A DNA stretch of 64,000 nucleotides, taken from assembly GCA_050294405.1 (NCBI GenBank), contig JBNKOC010000012.1, positions 64,001-128,000 on the forward strand, in the 5' to 3' direction. The stretch is from Fibrobacteria bacterium (GTDB lineage Bacteria; Fibrobacterota; Fibrobacteria; UBA11236; JADFYW01). Positions 19,581 to 30,182 of this stretch are shown here, piece after piece. Below the pieces are notes generated by a model. The model was not told where the DNA came from. It ran no database searches and was given only the letters and a program-made list of their open reading frames with translations. The first letter of the stretch is position 1, and each line of letters starts with the position of its first letter. Position numbers and translations under genes: made by a program.

Positions 19581-20445
19581 TTAACTCTTTTAACTTTTTT
19601 TTGATGGCATCTAGCTCTTCGTAATTTTCGTTTTGCAGAGCTTGAATTTTTTCCACCATTAATTCAAGTTGATTTAGTTTTTTTGAATCATTTTTCAAGT
19701 TTGATTTAATAAGATTTATAATTTCCTGGGTATCTTCGGGATAAGCAAAATTTTCCATAAAATTAGAAAATTGATCTTCGGCTTTTTCATACTCCGCTTT
19801 ATTTTCGATATTATACAACATTTTAGGAATAATTTCGGTTAATAAATGCTCTTTTATATTTCCCTCAAAATTATGTATATTCACGGCGGACTCGGATTCC
19901 TCTTCCGCAAAGTTCGATAACATCTCCTCAATTTCCTGAGAAACCTGGTCATGTTCCTGTTCCCGGAATTTAGCCTGGTACAATATAGGAAATGAGTTTA
20001 CGGATAAATGGGCATGGCTGATTATTTTAAAATGCCCCAGGTAATATATATCCTCATCCCGTTCTAAAATTTCTGCTTCGGATTCAAAAAAAATAATTTT
20101 GGCGGGTATGGGAATGAACTCCATGTTCTTCATGGAGTCAAGCTTATCGCGAACAGCTTCGGGGTCCAGGGCTCCTTCTAAACCACCAGTTTCTTTGGCT
20201 TGTCCAATTATTTCTTCCAAACCTTTTTCTAGTGAAAGCCCGAACTCCGCCTGGAAAAAATCGCGAATAGTGCGCTGGTCTACGTAGTTGGCCTGCACAG
20301 CCAAAATTCCATTTTGAACCATGGATTTCATATTTCCATCGTTATTTCCATCGGTATCCACCGTGGCATAGGCTATAAGCTTGCCCATTAATTTATTTGG
20401 GCTTCCTTTTTTTAATTCGATATTTATGCCAAAGTTTGAATTCAT
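19573..20445 (-). CDS. hypothetical protein with C-terminal UVR-like coiled-coil
   Basis: Long ORF overlapping the STAS gene; ends ALQNENYEELDAIKKKLKEL; likely start MNSNFG. Confidence 0.65.
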   Translation of the reverse strand: MNSNFGINIELKKGSPNKLMGKLIAYATVDTDGNNDGNMKSMVQNGILAVQANYVDQRTIRDFFQAEFGLSLEKGLEEIIGQAKETGGLEGALDPEAVRDKLDSMKNMEFIPIPAKIIFFESEAEILERDEDIYYLGHFKIISHAHLSVNSFPILYQAKFREQEHDQVSQEIEEMLSNFAEEESESAVNIHNFEGNIKEHLLTEIIPKMLYNIENKAEYEKAEDQFSNFMENFAYPEDTQEIINLIKSNLKNDSKKLNQLELMVEKIQALQNENYEELDAIKKKLKELND

Positions 20446-20576
20446 ACCACCATAACTATAGCTTTTTTTTTGGTTCGTTCCCAAAAACAACCCTGTGGCA
20501 CGAGCGGACGTTTAATAGGGAAAAAAAACCATGCTGGTTCTTTTAAAAAATTTAAAGCCGAAAAGAAATTTTAGCC

Positions 20577-21443
20577 TTAGGAAAAGCTAAAAGATGATTG
20601 AAGTTTTTCTACCTCTTCAGGAATTTCCGCCTGAATGGCCAAAAGATCTTCCATGCTAATTTCCAGCACCTCTGAAAATTTGGGATCCAATTCCTGGTAT
20701 TTTTCTTTGTCCAAAAGATGGTAGCCCGATTCATGGCTGATAAAATTAGCACAGTGAATTAAATAGGACTGTTCTCTGGAAGAAGGCGCTTCTGAAGGGT
20801 TGTGGTGGTAAATAATGGGGGTTCTCAAATCCCGGGGCAATTCCCATTTGGAAGTGAGCCAATCGCCAACATCGGTGTGTGAGTATCCAAAAAATTCTTT
20901 TTCTGTTTCGGATAGGGGAATGCTTTTATCACGGGCCATTTCTTTAGCTTTTAAAAACTCTTCGGTAAAGTAATGGTCTAATACCAGTTTTCCAATATCA
21001 TGTAAAAGACCGGAACAAAAGGATTCTTCGGGGTCTAGTAAATGTGGGCGCTTAATCTTCTGAGCGATTAATTTGCTGGCCACAGCGCAGGATAGGGAGT
21101 GAGACCAAAAAGCCCGTCTTCCTTCCCGAATAGACTTGTCTTTTGAGGGAAAAATTTCTCCAACAGAAACGCTTAATACCAGGCTATTCACCACTTTCAT
21201 TCCCAACAACACCACGGCGTTTTGAACGGTGGTGATAGTTCTGGGGATACCGTAAAAAGCGGAATTTGCCATGCGCAAAACCTTGGAAGTGATACCCACA
21301 TCTCTGGATATAACCTTGGCAACATCTGCAGCAGATGTATCCGGGTCATTGACCATTTGCATTAGGCGTGTGGCCACTTCCGGTAGTGTGGGCAAATTGC
21401 TGATACCAGCAATTGTTTTTTTCTTTAAGTTTTCCTCGACCAT
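20577..21443 (-). CDS. HDOD-domain signal transduction protein
   Basis: LPTLPEVA, KVLRMANSAFYG, FWSHS, GLLHDIGK and WELP...YHH. Confidence 0.92.
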   Translation of the reverse strand: MVEENLKKKTIAGISNLPTLPEVATRLMQMVNDPDTSAADVAKVISRDVGITSKVLRMANSAFYGIPRTITTVQNAVVLLGMKVVNSLVLSVSVGEIFPSKDKSIREGRRAFWSHSLSCAVASKLIAQKIKRPHLLDPEESFCSGLLHDIGKLVLDHYFTEEFLKAKEMARDKSIPLSETEKEFFGYSHTDVGDWLTSKWELPRDLRTPIIYHHNPSEAPSSREQSYLIHCANFISHESGYHLLDKEKYQELDPKFSEVLEISMEDLLAIQAEIPEEVEKLQSSFSFS

Positions 21444-21458
21444 TATTTTGAGCTTATT

Positions 21459-22202
21459 TTACTGAAATTTTATTTGAAGGCCAATAGTTAATCCGCCAAA
21501 AAATTCTACGGTTTTTTCGCCGCCAAATCTCATGGAAAATTTAGGATCGGCACTAATGCCCCAAATTTCGTTAAACATGTAACCAAAGATGACTTCAATA
21601 TTGGCATCATGTAAAAATCCATCGGAAACGTCAGGAGCGCCTGCCACAGTTCTGCGGCCATTTGTAGTTTGGATTTCGGTGGCAGCCCTGATGTTTTTGC
21701 GAAAGTATATAAAATCGTAACCTACAGCCGGGGCTATTAAACCCACTTCGCCAATGTAAAAACGCCCTCCAATTTCAGGTCCCCCTGAATAAAAAGCTTC
21801 GCGGCTGGACATAATGGTAGTCCCATTAGCATCTTCCTTGGAACCCGAATGAAACTCGTATTTTAAATTAAGGCTGGCGCTTAAGGGGAATTCTCTGTCT
21901 GGTTCAAATATTTCAAAGCTGGCAATGGGGTATATGGAAAGAGATTTATATCCAGACTCCGCATCAAAGCTGGTGTCCTTAACAGGTTGGGATACATACA
22001 GTCCAATACTGGAGCGGCTTTCAATGGTGTACTCAAAGCCAGCGTTCCACGCCACTACCTCGGGGCTTGCAACCACACCTGCAATGGGTATAACAAGTCC
22101 ATTTTCTCCTCGCTCAAACAGCTGAACCCTACCAAAACTAATAGATGTCACAAGCAATAATCCCGGTATTATAGCTGCGATATTGAGAAATTTCTGAGTC
22201 AT
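21459..22202 (-). CDS. putative outer-membrane beta-barrel protein
   Basis: Signal peptide (MTQKF...), alternating aromatic and hydrophobic strands, C-terminus GLQIKFQ. Confidence 0.55.
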   Translation of the reverse strand: MTQKFLNIAAIIPGLLLVTSISFGRVQLFERGENGLVIPIAGVVASPEVVAWNAGFEYTIESRSSIGLYVSQPVKDTSFDAESGYKSLSIYPIASFEIFEPDREFPLSASLNLKYEFHSGSKEDANGTTIMSSREAFYSGGPEIGGRFYIGEVGLIAPAVGYDFIYFRKNIRAATEIQTTNGRRTVAGAPDVSDGFLHDANIEVIFGYMFNEIWGISADPKFSMRFGGEKTVEFFGGLTIGLQIKFQ

Positions 22203-22358
22203 ATTGTATCTCACTTCAGTCAACCAATCTAATCTTTTGAAGCCAGGAAATATAGAACAAAATTTTTTATTGCAAAACACTAAATTTCCCTGACAGCCCC
22301 TGGCGCACTTGCTAGTTTTTAAGACCTAGCGCAACTCCTGTTTAGGAATGTAGAAATT

Positions 22359-23207
22359 ATGAGGTATTGGAAAAACTATTGTTGTTGGTTTTTGGCCGGG
22401 TTCTTGTTTTTAGGATGCCGTGTGCTGGATTCTCCAGCCACGGACAAAAATAAGGCCAGGCTGGCTTTTATCGACGTCGGGCAGGGAGATGCCATTTTTA
22501 TTCAAAATGGGTCTGGGGAATCCGGATTGGTGGATGCGGGGCCTGCTAATGGACAAAGTCTTAAATGGCTAGAGGAAAACTCTATTAAGCGCCTCAACTG
22601 GATAATTATCAGCCATGCCGATTTTGACCACTATGGGGGTGCTTTGGAAATTATCCAGAATATAAAAGTGGAAAGGCTGTATTTACCCTTGGATTCAAAC
22701 CCCTATCCCAGCTGGGAAAACTTGCTTAAAACTCTTAAAGAAAAAAAAATCCCGGTAGACAGCCTTTTTCAGGGAGAAAATATTCGCTTGTTGAATTCTG
22801 TTGAGGCCAGGGTGCTTTGGCCGCCTCCCACAGAAAAGTTAGAGGGCAATGCCAGTTCTTATGTTCTGGATTTGTCTTTAAGAGGAGTCCAGATGCTTTT
22901 AACGGGAGATATAGATTTTGCAATTGAAGAAAAACTATTGCCCTTATTGGCAAACCAAAAAAATTACCATGTTTTAAAATTGGCTCATCACGGTTCTTCT
23001 GGCTCCAGCTCATCTATTTTTCTTAGTAAAGTTCAGCCTAAATGGGTTGTTGCCAGTTGTGACAGTTCTGTTTATGGGCATCCCGCGCCAGAGACTTTGG
23101 AAAGAATTTATGCCGTAGTTAAAGACAGCAGCCAGGTCTTGAGGACAGATAAAAATGGAAGTTTAGAATTTCTAATATCTGAGCAAGGAACCCCTAACCT
23201 CCAATAA
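22359..23207 (+). CDS. ComEC/Rec2-like metallo-beta-lactamase-fold lipoprotein
   Basis: FIDVGQGDA, SHADFDHYGG, LLTGD, HHGS and YGHP; lipobox FLGC. Confidence 0.88.
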   Translation: MRYWKNYCCWFLAGFLFLGCRVLDSPATDKNKARLAFIDVGQGDAIFIQNGSGESGLVDAGPANGQSLKWLEENSIKRLNWIIISHADFDHYGGALEIIQNIKVERLYLPLDSNPYPSWENLLKTLKEKKIPVDSLFQGENIRLLNSVEARVLWPPPTEKLEGNASSYVLDLSLRGVQMLLTGDIDFAIEEKLLPLLANQKNYHVLKLAHHGSSGSSSSIFLSKVQPKWVVASCDSSVYGHPAPETLERIYAVVKDSSQVLRTDKNGSLEFLISEQGTPNLQ

Positions 23208-24084
23208 AACCGGGAGTAGCTGAAAACTCCTCTTCCCATTTAGAGCGGGAAAGGGCTTTTTGGATTTGGGCCATGGCTTGAGCTTCGGTGGGAGCTTCGA
23301 GGTTTTCAACCCGAATACCTTTAACTCCCCATTGGCTGGGTTTAGTTACCTTGTAGAGTGCAATAGTGTAAACTCCTAAAACTCCGGCTAAGTGAGAGAC
23401 CCCCGAGTCGTTGCCAATAAATAGTTTGTGGCGGGAAATTAATTTGGCCAAATCCAATACAGTTTTTGGCTCGTGGCAGGGGTAGGATTTTAACCATTTT
23501 TCTTTTTGGCGGCTTTCGTTGGGACCTAACACAAAGCGGGGTTCTAAACCGCGGTTTTTTATTTCGTTGGCCACAAAAATGTAAAACTCCGGGTCGTAAT
23601 TTTTTCTCTCACTGCCAGAGCCTGGGTGGATTAAGCAACTGCGCTCGGGTTTAATGCCCATGGTAAAAAAAAGCGGGAGGCTGGGAGTGGGTAAATTAAA
23701 ATAACTAAGGGCTTCTAATTGGTGCAGGGCCACGTGTTTCCCCGTTTTGGGAAAGGGGGGGTGAAAAAAGAATTGGTCCATACCATTTTTTTTCAGCATT
23801 TCTTCCAGAGCGGTATCGGTTTCTATCCAGGCAATTCCCCTGGGCTTTTTTCCAAAATCCGCTTGTAGCTTTCCCAAAAAAAAGGGCAGATATTTTTGGC
23901 TTTCGCTGTCCAGGCATTCGTCCAAAAGCCCAAAATATTTGGCAAGTTCCAGATATTCGGGTCGGCCTAACCCAATAAAATGGTGGTTGGAAAAATGCCA
24001 GCGAAGAGCCACCAGGCAGGGCCAGGTTAAAATAAAGTCGCCCAACGCGCCCCGATGGACTATTAAAAAGTTGGACTTTTCCAT
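23194..24084 (-). CDS. glycosyltransferase family 9 (heptosyltransferase-like)
   Basis: HRGALGDF, IHPGSG and FIGNDSGVSHLA. Confidence 0.9.
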   Translation of the reverse strand: MEKSNFLIVHRGALGDFILTWPCLVALRWHFSNHHFIGLGRPEYLELAKYFGLLDECLDSESQKYLPFFLGKLQADFGKKPRGIAWIETDTALEEMLKKNGMDQFFFHPPFPKTGKHVALHQLEALSYFNLPTPSLPLFFTMGIKPERSCLIHPGSGSERKNYDPEFYIFVANEIKNRGLEPRFVLGPNESRQKEKWLKSYPCHEPKTVLDLAKLISRHKLFIGNDSGVSHLAGVLGVYTIALYKVTKPSQWGVKGIRVENLEAPTEAQAMAQIQKALSRSKWEEEFSATPGFIGG

Positions 24085-24093
24085 TCAAGGCCA

Positions 24094-25260
24094 CTAAAAA
24101 ATGGCGGTGGGTCTCCAGCGTGGGTTTTTTGAACTCATATCGATGGTGTAAAAATCTTTTTCCAGATGGGGGGCTGGTTGGCCCATGCTTTCCAATAGGA
24201 ATTTAGCCATCCACTTTTCCACTTTTAGCACCACCATTTTTTTACGGAGCCTACCCTGCAAATCTCTGTTTAAGATGGAAGGAATGGTGTTTAAAGTTAA
24301 AATCTCATCTAGTGCTTTGTGGTTCAAAGTATCGCGGCCTTCGGCTGAAGAGTAAAAATGAGTTACTCCAAAGCAAATTTTATTGGGGTTGCCCTGCTTT
24401 AAAACTTTGCAACATTCCACAATGGTAGTTCCTGTGCGCACCATATCATCCAGCACAATTACATCTTTGCCTTCTAAATCGCTTAATTGCAATTCGGAGT
24501 CGGCCGCCACTTTAACTTCTACAGATCGCTCTCCCGAGCGTTCTTTGCTCATTTTAATGATTTGGCATTTGGATAGGTTAAGGGCTTTTTGCACTTGCTT
24601 GGTAAAGGGAACTGCGCCGTTGTCTGGAGCACACAAAACCAAATTACTTCCCTCTTTGCCAGTGACCACCATGTCGCTTCTTTTTAAGTAATCGGCATAG
24701 AGAAAATCGGGAATTAAATTGTGGAACTGACCCTGGAAAGTGTCGTTAAAAACTTTTTGCACGCCCTCGGAGTGGTTGTGGATGGTGACCACCATATCTA
24801 CTCCTGCTAACTTTAACAAGTTAGCATACAAGCGGGAAGTGAAGGGTTGTCCGTCGAACTTTTTTAAATCCTTATCTGTGCGGCCCTCTTCTCCCGCGGC
24901 GCGATGAGGCCCTCTATCTTGGGCACTAAAAAATAAATCTGGTTCCACTAAAATTACTTTTTCTGCTCCGTTTTCCTTGGCGGCGCTGGCAATGATAAAA
25001 GTGCGCATAGCAAGGGCGTTTCTGGTTTGAACCAGGTGATGGGCCGTGGAGCATATGACTACCGTTTTTCCTTTGAGCCCCTCTCCAACTTTTTGGAATT
25101 CTTCTTCGTCGTGAATTAAAAATCGAGGGCAAAATTCCGAGTTGGCAAAAGATTTCAGGGAAATAACATCTGAAATATCTTCTAGTTGTCCGCAGAGGTG
25201 GCCAATATCCAGAGAAAAAGGATCGTCGGAAATATTGCCCACTATTACAAAGTTATTCAT
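24094..25260 (-). CDS. prs: ribose-phosphate pyrophosphokinase family protein
   Basis: FANSEF, SAQDR, CAPDNGA and VIVLDDMVRTGTT. Confidence 0.85.
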   Translation of the reverse strand: MNNFVIVGNISDDPFSLDIGHLCGQLEDISDVISLKSFANSEFCPRFLIHDEEEFQKVGEGLKGKTVVICSTAHHLVQTRNALAMRTFIIASAAKENGAEKVILVEPDLFFSAQDRGPHRAAGEEGRTDKDLKKFDGQPFTSRLYANLLKLAGVDMVVTIHNHSEGVQKVFNDTFQGQFHNLIPDFLYADYLKRSDMVVTGKEGSNLVLCAPDNGAVPFTKQVQKALNLSKCQIIKMSKERSGERSVEVKVAADSELQLSDLEGKDVIVLDDMVRTGTTIVECCKVLKQGNPNKICFGVTHFYSSAEGRDTLNHKALDEILTLNTIPSILNRDLQGRLRKKMVVLKVEKWMAKFLLESMGQPAPHLEKDFYTIDMSSKNPRWRPTAIF

Positions 25261-25377
25261 GGTTTTTACTGTAAATTAAGGGTTCGTTTTATAAAAATAT
25301 TTTATCAAAATAATTATTTGACCCCAGGTTAAGGAAACCTAGCTTAAAATAATCTTAAAGATTGGTATAATGCATAA

Positions 25378-26514
25378 GTGAACCACTCTGGAAATTTCTT
25401 TAAAACCGGGCTAATTGCAATTCTTTGCAGCCTGTGGGCTGTAGCAAATCCTCCGGATTTCCAAAATATGAAATGGGCCCTGGCCTATAATGTGGCCAAT
25501 GTGGAATCAAAAGCCAGCGCCAGGCTAATTCAGGAATTTTATAAAATTCCCAACAGCCATATGATCCCACTAAGCTGCCCTTCTTCTCGCTTTATCGACC
25601 GAGACGAATACAATTCTCAAATTGAAGAGCCCCTTCGGGGAAAACTAGAAGAGTTGGTGGATGTAAAATATCTGATATTGGCCAAAGGCCTTCCCCTGCA
25701 AATTACGGGAGAAAATAACATGGCTTTAAGCAAGCCCCAGCTTTTTTATCAACAGGATGGGGCAAGTTTAGAAAGCGAGCTTTTAGATATTTTTTCTCCA
25801 CTGGGGTTAAAGTCTGGATGGCGGGAACGATTCGGCAAAAAAAGTGAAATCAAATCAAGAGGCCTTTTCGTATCCCGACTAGATGGCAAGGATGTTATTG
25901 ATATCCAAATGAAGCTGGAAAACCAAAAAAATGAAAAGGCCATTCCATTTAAAAAGTTTGTGTTTGTGCTGGATAGCGTTTTGGAAAAAGACTCCAAATT
26001 AGAGCCTATTATCTATTCTGCAAAACAGGCGATTTCTTTTTTGGATTCCCTCCAACTGGATTTTAAAGTGGGTTACCAATATTTTGGGAAAAACTATTCT
26101 CCTGAGGAACTGGAAAAAGACAGCGCTACCATTGTTTGGTTTCTGACGAAGCGATGTATCAACCAATGGCCGGATAACTGGAAAAATTTTAGCATATATC
26201 AATTTGCCCATAGTGGCCAAATAGAATACCCGGCCTGCTTTTCTCAAATTGCAAACTCTTCCAAACAGACTGGAAACTGGGTTGGGCTGCTAGGTCCCTC
26301 ACCTGCTTCGGTTTTTCCTTTGCCACATGAGTTTTTGGCCTACTTGCTAAGCGGCAATTACCCTTTGGGGGATATTTGGAATGAAATTCTGTATTTTTCT
26401 TCCTGGCAGTTAAACCTTTCTTTTAACCCTGTTTGGAATCCCTTTGAGAAAACAAAATTACTGGAGTTGGATCAAATGGAAAAATTGCTGGAATTGGGAA
26501 GGGTTCCTCAATAA
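25378..26514 (+). CDS. exported hypothetical protein, N-terminus similar to the TIGR03790 family
   Basis: Signal peptide; YN...S..LIQEFYKIP, YLILAKGLPL, ASLESEL and VSRLDG motifs. Confidence 0.55.
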   Translation: MNHSGNFFKTGLIAILCSLWAVANPPDFQNMKWALAYNVANVESKASARLIQEFYKIPNSHMIPLSCPSSRFIDRDEYNSQIEEPLRGKLEELVDVKYLILAKGLPLQITGENNMALSKPQLFYQQDGASLESELLDIFSPLGLKSGWRERFGKKSEIKSRGLFVSRLDGKDVIDIQMKLENQKNEKAIPFKKFVFVLDSVLEKDSKLEPIIYSAKQAISFLDSLQLDFKVGYQYFGKNYSPEELEKDSATIVWFLTKRCINQWPDNWKNFSIYQFAHSGQIEYPACFSQIANSSKQTGNWVGLLGPSPASVFPLPHEFLAYLLSGNYPLGDIWNEILYFSSWQLNLSFNPVWNPFEKTKLLELDQMEKLLELGRVPQ

Positions 26515-26517
26515 CAT

Positions 26518-27258
26518 ATGGGTTTAATACACAGCGAGCTTCTCCGAGTTTTTGAGGACCGGCACATGGAAGACCAGGCGGATTGGGAAGTCCGGTTAAA
26601 AGATATTTCTGGGACGGAAGTGTTTCAAAAAATTAAGACAGCCCAAAAGCGTTTTAGCGAATACAAAAGTACGGCTCTTTTAAAAAAGATGTATTCCCTG
26701 ATTTTGGGTAGCGGCGGTATTTATGAAGTGAATATCCCACGGAGAAACAGGCTTGAAACAATAGCTCAGTTACTGGATGAATATATACCACCTTCCCAAA
26801 GCGTTTTGGACTGGGGAGCTGGTTCAGGGCTTTTGTCTTTGGCAATTCAAAGGAAATTGAATCCAGAAAACTATTGGGTTTGGGATATCTGCCCGGATTT
26901 TCAATACCATTTGGAATCTTTGGGCTTTAAATGGGACGAAGGTGGACAGGGACTGGACTTGGTACTGTGCCTGGATTCCCTGGGTGAGTGCAATAGCGAT
27001 GAAGACCAAAGCCTTAAAAATGCATTAATGGAAAAAAGGCCAGAAGGGGGAGAGTTAATAGAATCCCATTATGGTTTTTTGGAAAAAATAACCCCCTTGC
27101 TGGAGCGGCTATTGCCAAATGGTCAATTGTTCCTGATAGAACCCATATACATGGATGTGTTTTGGGAAAGTTTACGCAACTTTTTGAGTATTCGTGGCTT
27201 GAATGCCCATTTCATAAGAGATTCGGACGGCCTCAAAGGAATTTTTTTAATTAAATAA
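26518..27258 (+). CDS. class I SAM-dependent methyltransferase-like protein
   Basis: VLDWGAGSG motif I and DLVLCLDSL. Confidence 0.7.
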   Translation: MGLIHSELLRVFEDRHMEDQADWEVRLKDISGTEVFQKIKTAQKRFSEYKSTALLKKMYSLILGSGGIYEVNIPRRNRLETIAQLLDEYIPPSQSVLDWGAGSGLLSLAIQRKLNPENYWVWDICPDFQYHLESLGFKWDEGGQGLDLVLCLDSLGECNSDEDQSLKNALMEKRPEGGELIESHYGFLEKITPLLERLLPNGQLFLIEPIYMDVFWESLRNFLSIRGLNAHFIRDSDGLKGIFLIK

Positions 27259-27321
27259 GAATAATGTTTCCAACCAACATTTCAAAAATTAGATTTTGAT
27301 ATGTAATATGGAGGAAACACT

Positions 27322-27564
27322 ATGGCTGTAGCAACTAAAGCACCCAAAGCGCCAAAAGCCCCCAAGGGCGTAAAATCAAGCTTTCCAACCCGTTATGTAA
27401 ATAAATGGGTTCGTGAGCACGAGGTTTGGAATCATGACGACTGGTTATTTTTGCTTTCAAAATTGGCTGAAACCGGTTACGCCGACTGGACTAAAAAAGA
27501 TCAAAATAAAGATGTGCTTGGGGCTTACCTGGAATCCTATCGCGATTATTTACAGTCAAAATAA
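27322..27564 (+). CDS. small hypothetical protein with a KAP-repeat N-terminus
   Basis: GGAGG RBS; 80 aa; (KAP)3 tail followed by a Trp-rich helical domain. Confidence 0.75.
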   Translation: MAVATKAPKAPKAPKGVKSSFPTRYVNKWVREHEVWNHDDWLFLLSKLAETGYADWTKKDQNKDVLGAYLESYRDYLQSK

Positions 27565-27610
27565 GTTAACCTCAAAAAAATGAGACAAGAGGTTCCGGTC
27601 TGGGAGCTCG

Positions 27611-29269
27611 TTATTCCCGATTGTAGTATTCCGCTAATATAGGGCGGGAGACTAAATTTATTTGAATTTCCCCCAGGCCCTCAAATAACATGGGGCTCCA
27701 CAATAGGCTGGCTTGCACTACTTCCTGCGAAAGGTATTTCATGGGTTGTGTTGGCTGGAAATTGCCCAAATGGGAAAACAAGCTGTCGCTGTTTTTGCCA
27801 TTTGCGGCCATACAAAACGCCCACTCTCCAAAACTAGGCATAGAAATATGCAGGGGTACAGCCCCTGTTGGAAAGGCTTTGTTCATGGTTTTGTAAATGG
27901 ATAAAAAGGCCTTACGGCTAAAAAAAGGAGAAGTGGATTGGGTTACTAAAATTCCCCCTTCTTTTAAGCGTTGTTTAGCCAGCGAGTACATTTCCAAAGA
28001 GTACAGTTTAGCCACGTTGTCGTGATGGGGATCGGGAAAATCAAAGATTATCAAATCGTATTTTTCTTTTCCTTCCTTTATAAAATTGAAGGCGTCCTGG
28101 TTATAAATAATAAGTCTGGAATCATAAAGTGAAGAATCATTCAATTCACAAAGAAGAGGGTTGTGTTTGAATAACTGGGTCATTTCAGGATCCAGTTCCA
28201 CCAAATCTATTTTTTTTATTGTGGGGTATTTAACGAGTTCTCTTAAGGCAAGCCCATCTCCAGCCCCTGCGATTAAAATTTTTTCGGCATGGGGCAATAA
28301 ATACATAGCCGGGTGAACAAGTAACTCGTGATAATAGTATTCATCCAGAGTGGAAAATTGGAGGCCGCCATTAATAAAAAGCCTAATATCTTTTTGTTTG
28401 AAACTGGATTTGTACTTTTTTAATTGGATTTTATTTCCGTCTTTCAAAGTTTCGTTCCATAAAATTTTTCCGGGGTTGCGTTTTTCGTCCCAATCCGAAA
28501 TACTTTGAGGGTTTCTGGAACCCTTGCTGAGAACCAGGTTTTGATACTCCGTTTGTTTTTGAAAAATAATTGGGTCACGGTAATGTAATTTGTTGGCGTA
28601 CTTTAAAAGTTTGGGTTGGAAGTAAATTAACCCAAGCAGCAAAACCAGGGAACTAAACAAGCATCCCAATAAAAATCCTTTGTGTTCTTTTTTTCCAAAC
28701 CACAAAACTATGGCCGCTACAAAAGCCACCAGCCAGTTTGCTCCCCCTCCGAATAAGGCGGAGCCATAAATTCCCCAGTGGGATAGCATAAAATGGGAGA
28801 AAAACATAAAAGCCAAAAGAGAACCCAAATAATCCGCAAATAATACGGTGGCGCTGTTGTCTTTTAATGGAGACTTTAAAGAATCATTTATGATTAATAT
28901 GAGGGGGATTTCAAACCCGATTAAGTACCCAATTGCTGCGGAAAAGCTGAGCACCCAGAATAAGGTAAGTCCTGGGAAAAGCCCACTTAAATAGAAAATC
29001 AAGCTAACGGAAAAGGCCACCAAAACCGAAAGTAGCGATTCAATTAACATAAACCCTGTGGGCTTAAGCCATTTTTCCGGGAAAAATTTTATGGAGAAAG
29101 AGCCTAACCCCATGCAAAACATCATTACACCCATAGTGTAGCTTAAAACAATATTCATTCCTCCCAACAGGGAGTTTGCAATATTAAATAGGCTGAGTTC
29201 GGCTACAATTCCCGAAAAGCCCGACATGAGCAGGGAAAATAAAAGCAGACTTTTTTGCAGGGAAACCAT
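27611..29269 (-). CDS. speE: membrane-fused polyamine aminopropyltransferase (spermidine synthase family)
   Basis: About 7 N-terminal TM helices, then LFINGGLQF, DEYYYHELLVHP, GAGDGLALRE and DFPDP. Confidence 0.88.
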   Translation of the reverse strand: MVSLQKSLLLFSLLMSGFSGIVAELSLFNIANSLLGGMNIVLSYTMGVMMFCMGLGSFSIKFFPEKWLKPTGFMLIESLLSVLVAFSVSLIFYLSGLFPGLTLFWVLSFSAAIGYLIGFEIPLILIINDSLKSPLKDNSATVLFADYLGSLLAFMFFSHFMLSHWGIYGSALFGGGANWLVAFVAAIVLWFGKKEHKGFLLGCLFSSLVLLLGLIYFQPKLLKYANKLHYRDPIIFQKQTEYQNLVLSKGSRNPQSISDWDEKRNPGKILWNETLKDGNKIQLKKYKSSFKQKDIRLFINGGLQFSTLDEYYYHELLVHPAMYLLPHAEKILIAGAGDGLALRELVKYPTIKKIDLVELDPEMTQLFKHNPLLCELNDSSLYDSRLIIYNQDAFNFIKEGKEKYDLIIFDFPDPHHDNVAKLYSLEMYSLAKQRLKEGGILVTQSTSPFFSRKAFLSIYKTMNKAFPTGAVPLHISMPSFGEWAFCMAANGKNSDSLFSHLGNFQPTQPMKYLSQEVVQASLLWSPMLFEGLGEIQINLVSRPILAEYYNRE

Positions 29270-29303
29270 GTGTTTAGATGGTGATGCTTCCCAGTGAGGA
29301 AGA

Positions 29304-30182
29304 TTAAAAATTAAGAACTATCACAGTGGACATAACCAGATAAGCAACGGACATTATAACTCCGGCTCCCAGGTTTCTATCTTTGTAAATCTCCTGCAGC
29401 AAAGAGGATTTGGGAAATAATATGCGGGCGCCCAGAGTTCGAACCATCATTAATAAAACAATCCCGCCAAAATACCATATGATAAAATTGACCAGCAGTA
29501 CATCATATCCTAAAAAATCTCCCCACATGGCATTGAGAGCTAACAACCCCAGGGAAAGCAAAAAACCGGCACACACCATTCCCACCGCGCGATTGCCTTC
29601 CTGCACTGCTTTTATATCATCATAAGGAGTCACTTTGAGGTAAATTAAAAAACCAATGTAACATCCAATTTCCCCCAGAATGAAATAAACAAAGGAATGG
29701 AACCAGGCCCCTTCTCCATGAATGGCCGAAAGAAGGCACAATCCGGAAAACCCAAATCGACCCGCTGCCACTAAGGCTGTGGCGCTATTTCCAGCCACCA
29801 GGGATTCCATGAGTTTTACCTGTTTTAAATAGACCCTATCGGTAAGCACATAAGAAACTCCCAGGCATACAATTCCAGTTATTCCGTACTGAAATAATTC
29901 AATTAAACTTGAAACAAAACCTCGTCCTTCTCCTAAAAATACTCCCACAAAACTAAGGCCCACTGCCGCATAATAGCCTGCGGTATAAATTCCAAAGGCC
30001 TGGTTATCTTTTTGGGTAATTTCCGCATCGTCGTCAATGCCTTGAGTGGTAATATCCCTGGCCAGCTTGGCGATAAAAAGAAGGATTAGTGCACAGAGAA
30101 AAAAGGCCAGGTTTTTGGGGAACTGGGACAGGTCATTTTCTTTTAAATTCCAGAGGTATAGTTTAAACATTTCCATATTCAT
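29304..30182 (-). CDS. DUF350 membrane protein (repeated domain)
   Basis: Repeated D/E-I-x-x-x-N-x-A-x-G motifs (QKDNQAFG, AGNSATA, EGNRAVG, DRNLGAG) between TM helices. Confidence 0.85.
   Translation of the reverse strand: MNMEMFKLYLWNLKENDLSQFPKNLAFFLCALILLFIAKLARDITTQGIDDDAEITQKDNQAFGIYTAGYYAAVGLSFVGVFLGEGRGFVSSLIELFQYGITGIVCLGVSYVLTDRVYLKQVKLMESLVAGNSATALVAAGRFGFSGLCLLSAIHGEGAWFHSFVYFILGEIGCYIGFLIYLKVTPYDDIKAVQEGNRAVGMVCAGFLLSLGLLALNAMWGDFLGYDVLLVNFIIWYFGGIVLLMMVRTLGARILFPKSSLLQEIYKDRNLGAGVIMSVAYLVMSTVIVLNF

Noticed and set aside
22359..23207. ComEC-like gene as evidence of a competence locus
   Set aside because: Only the beta-lactamase-fold domain is present, with no membrane channel domain or other com genes.
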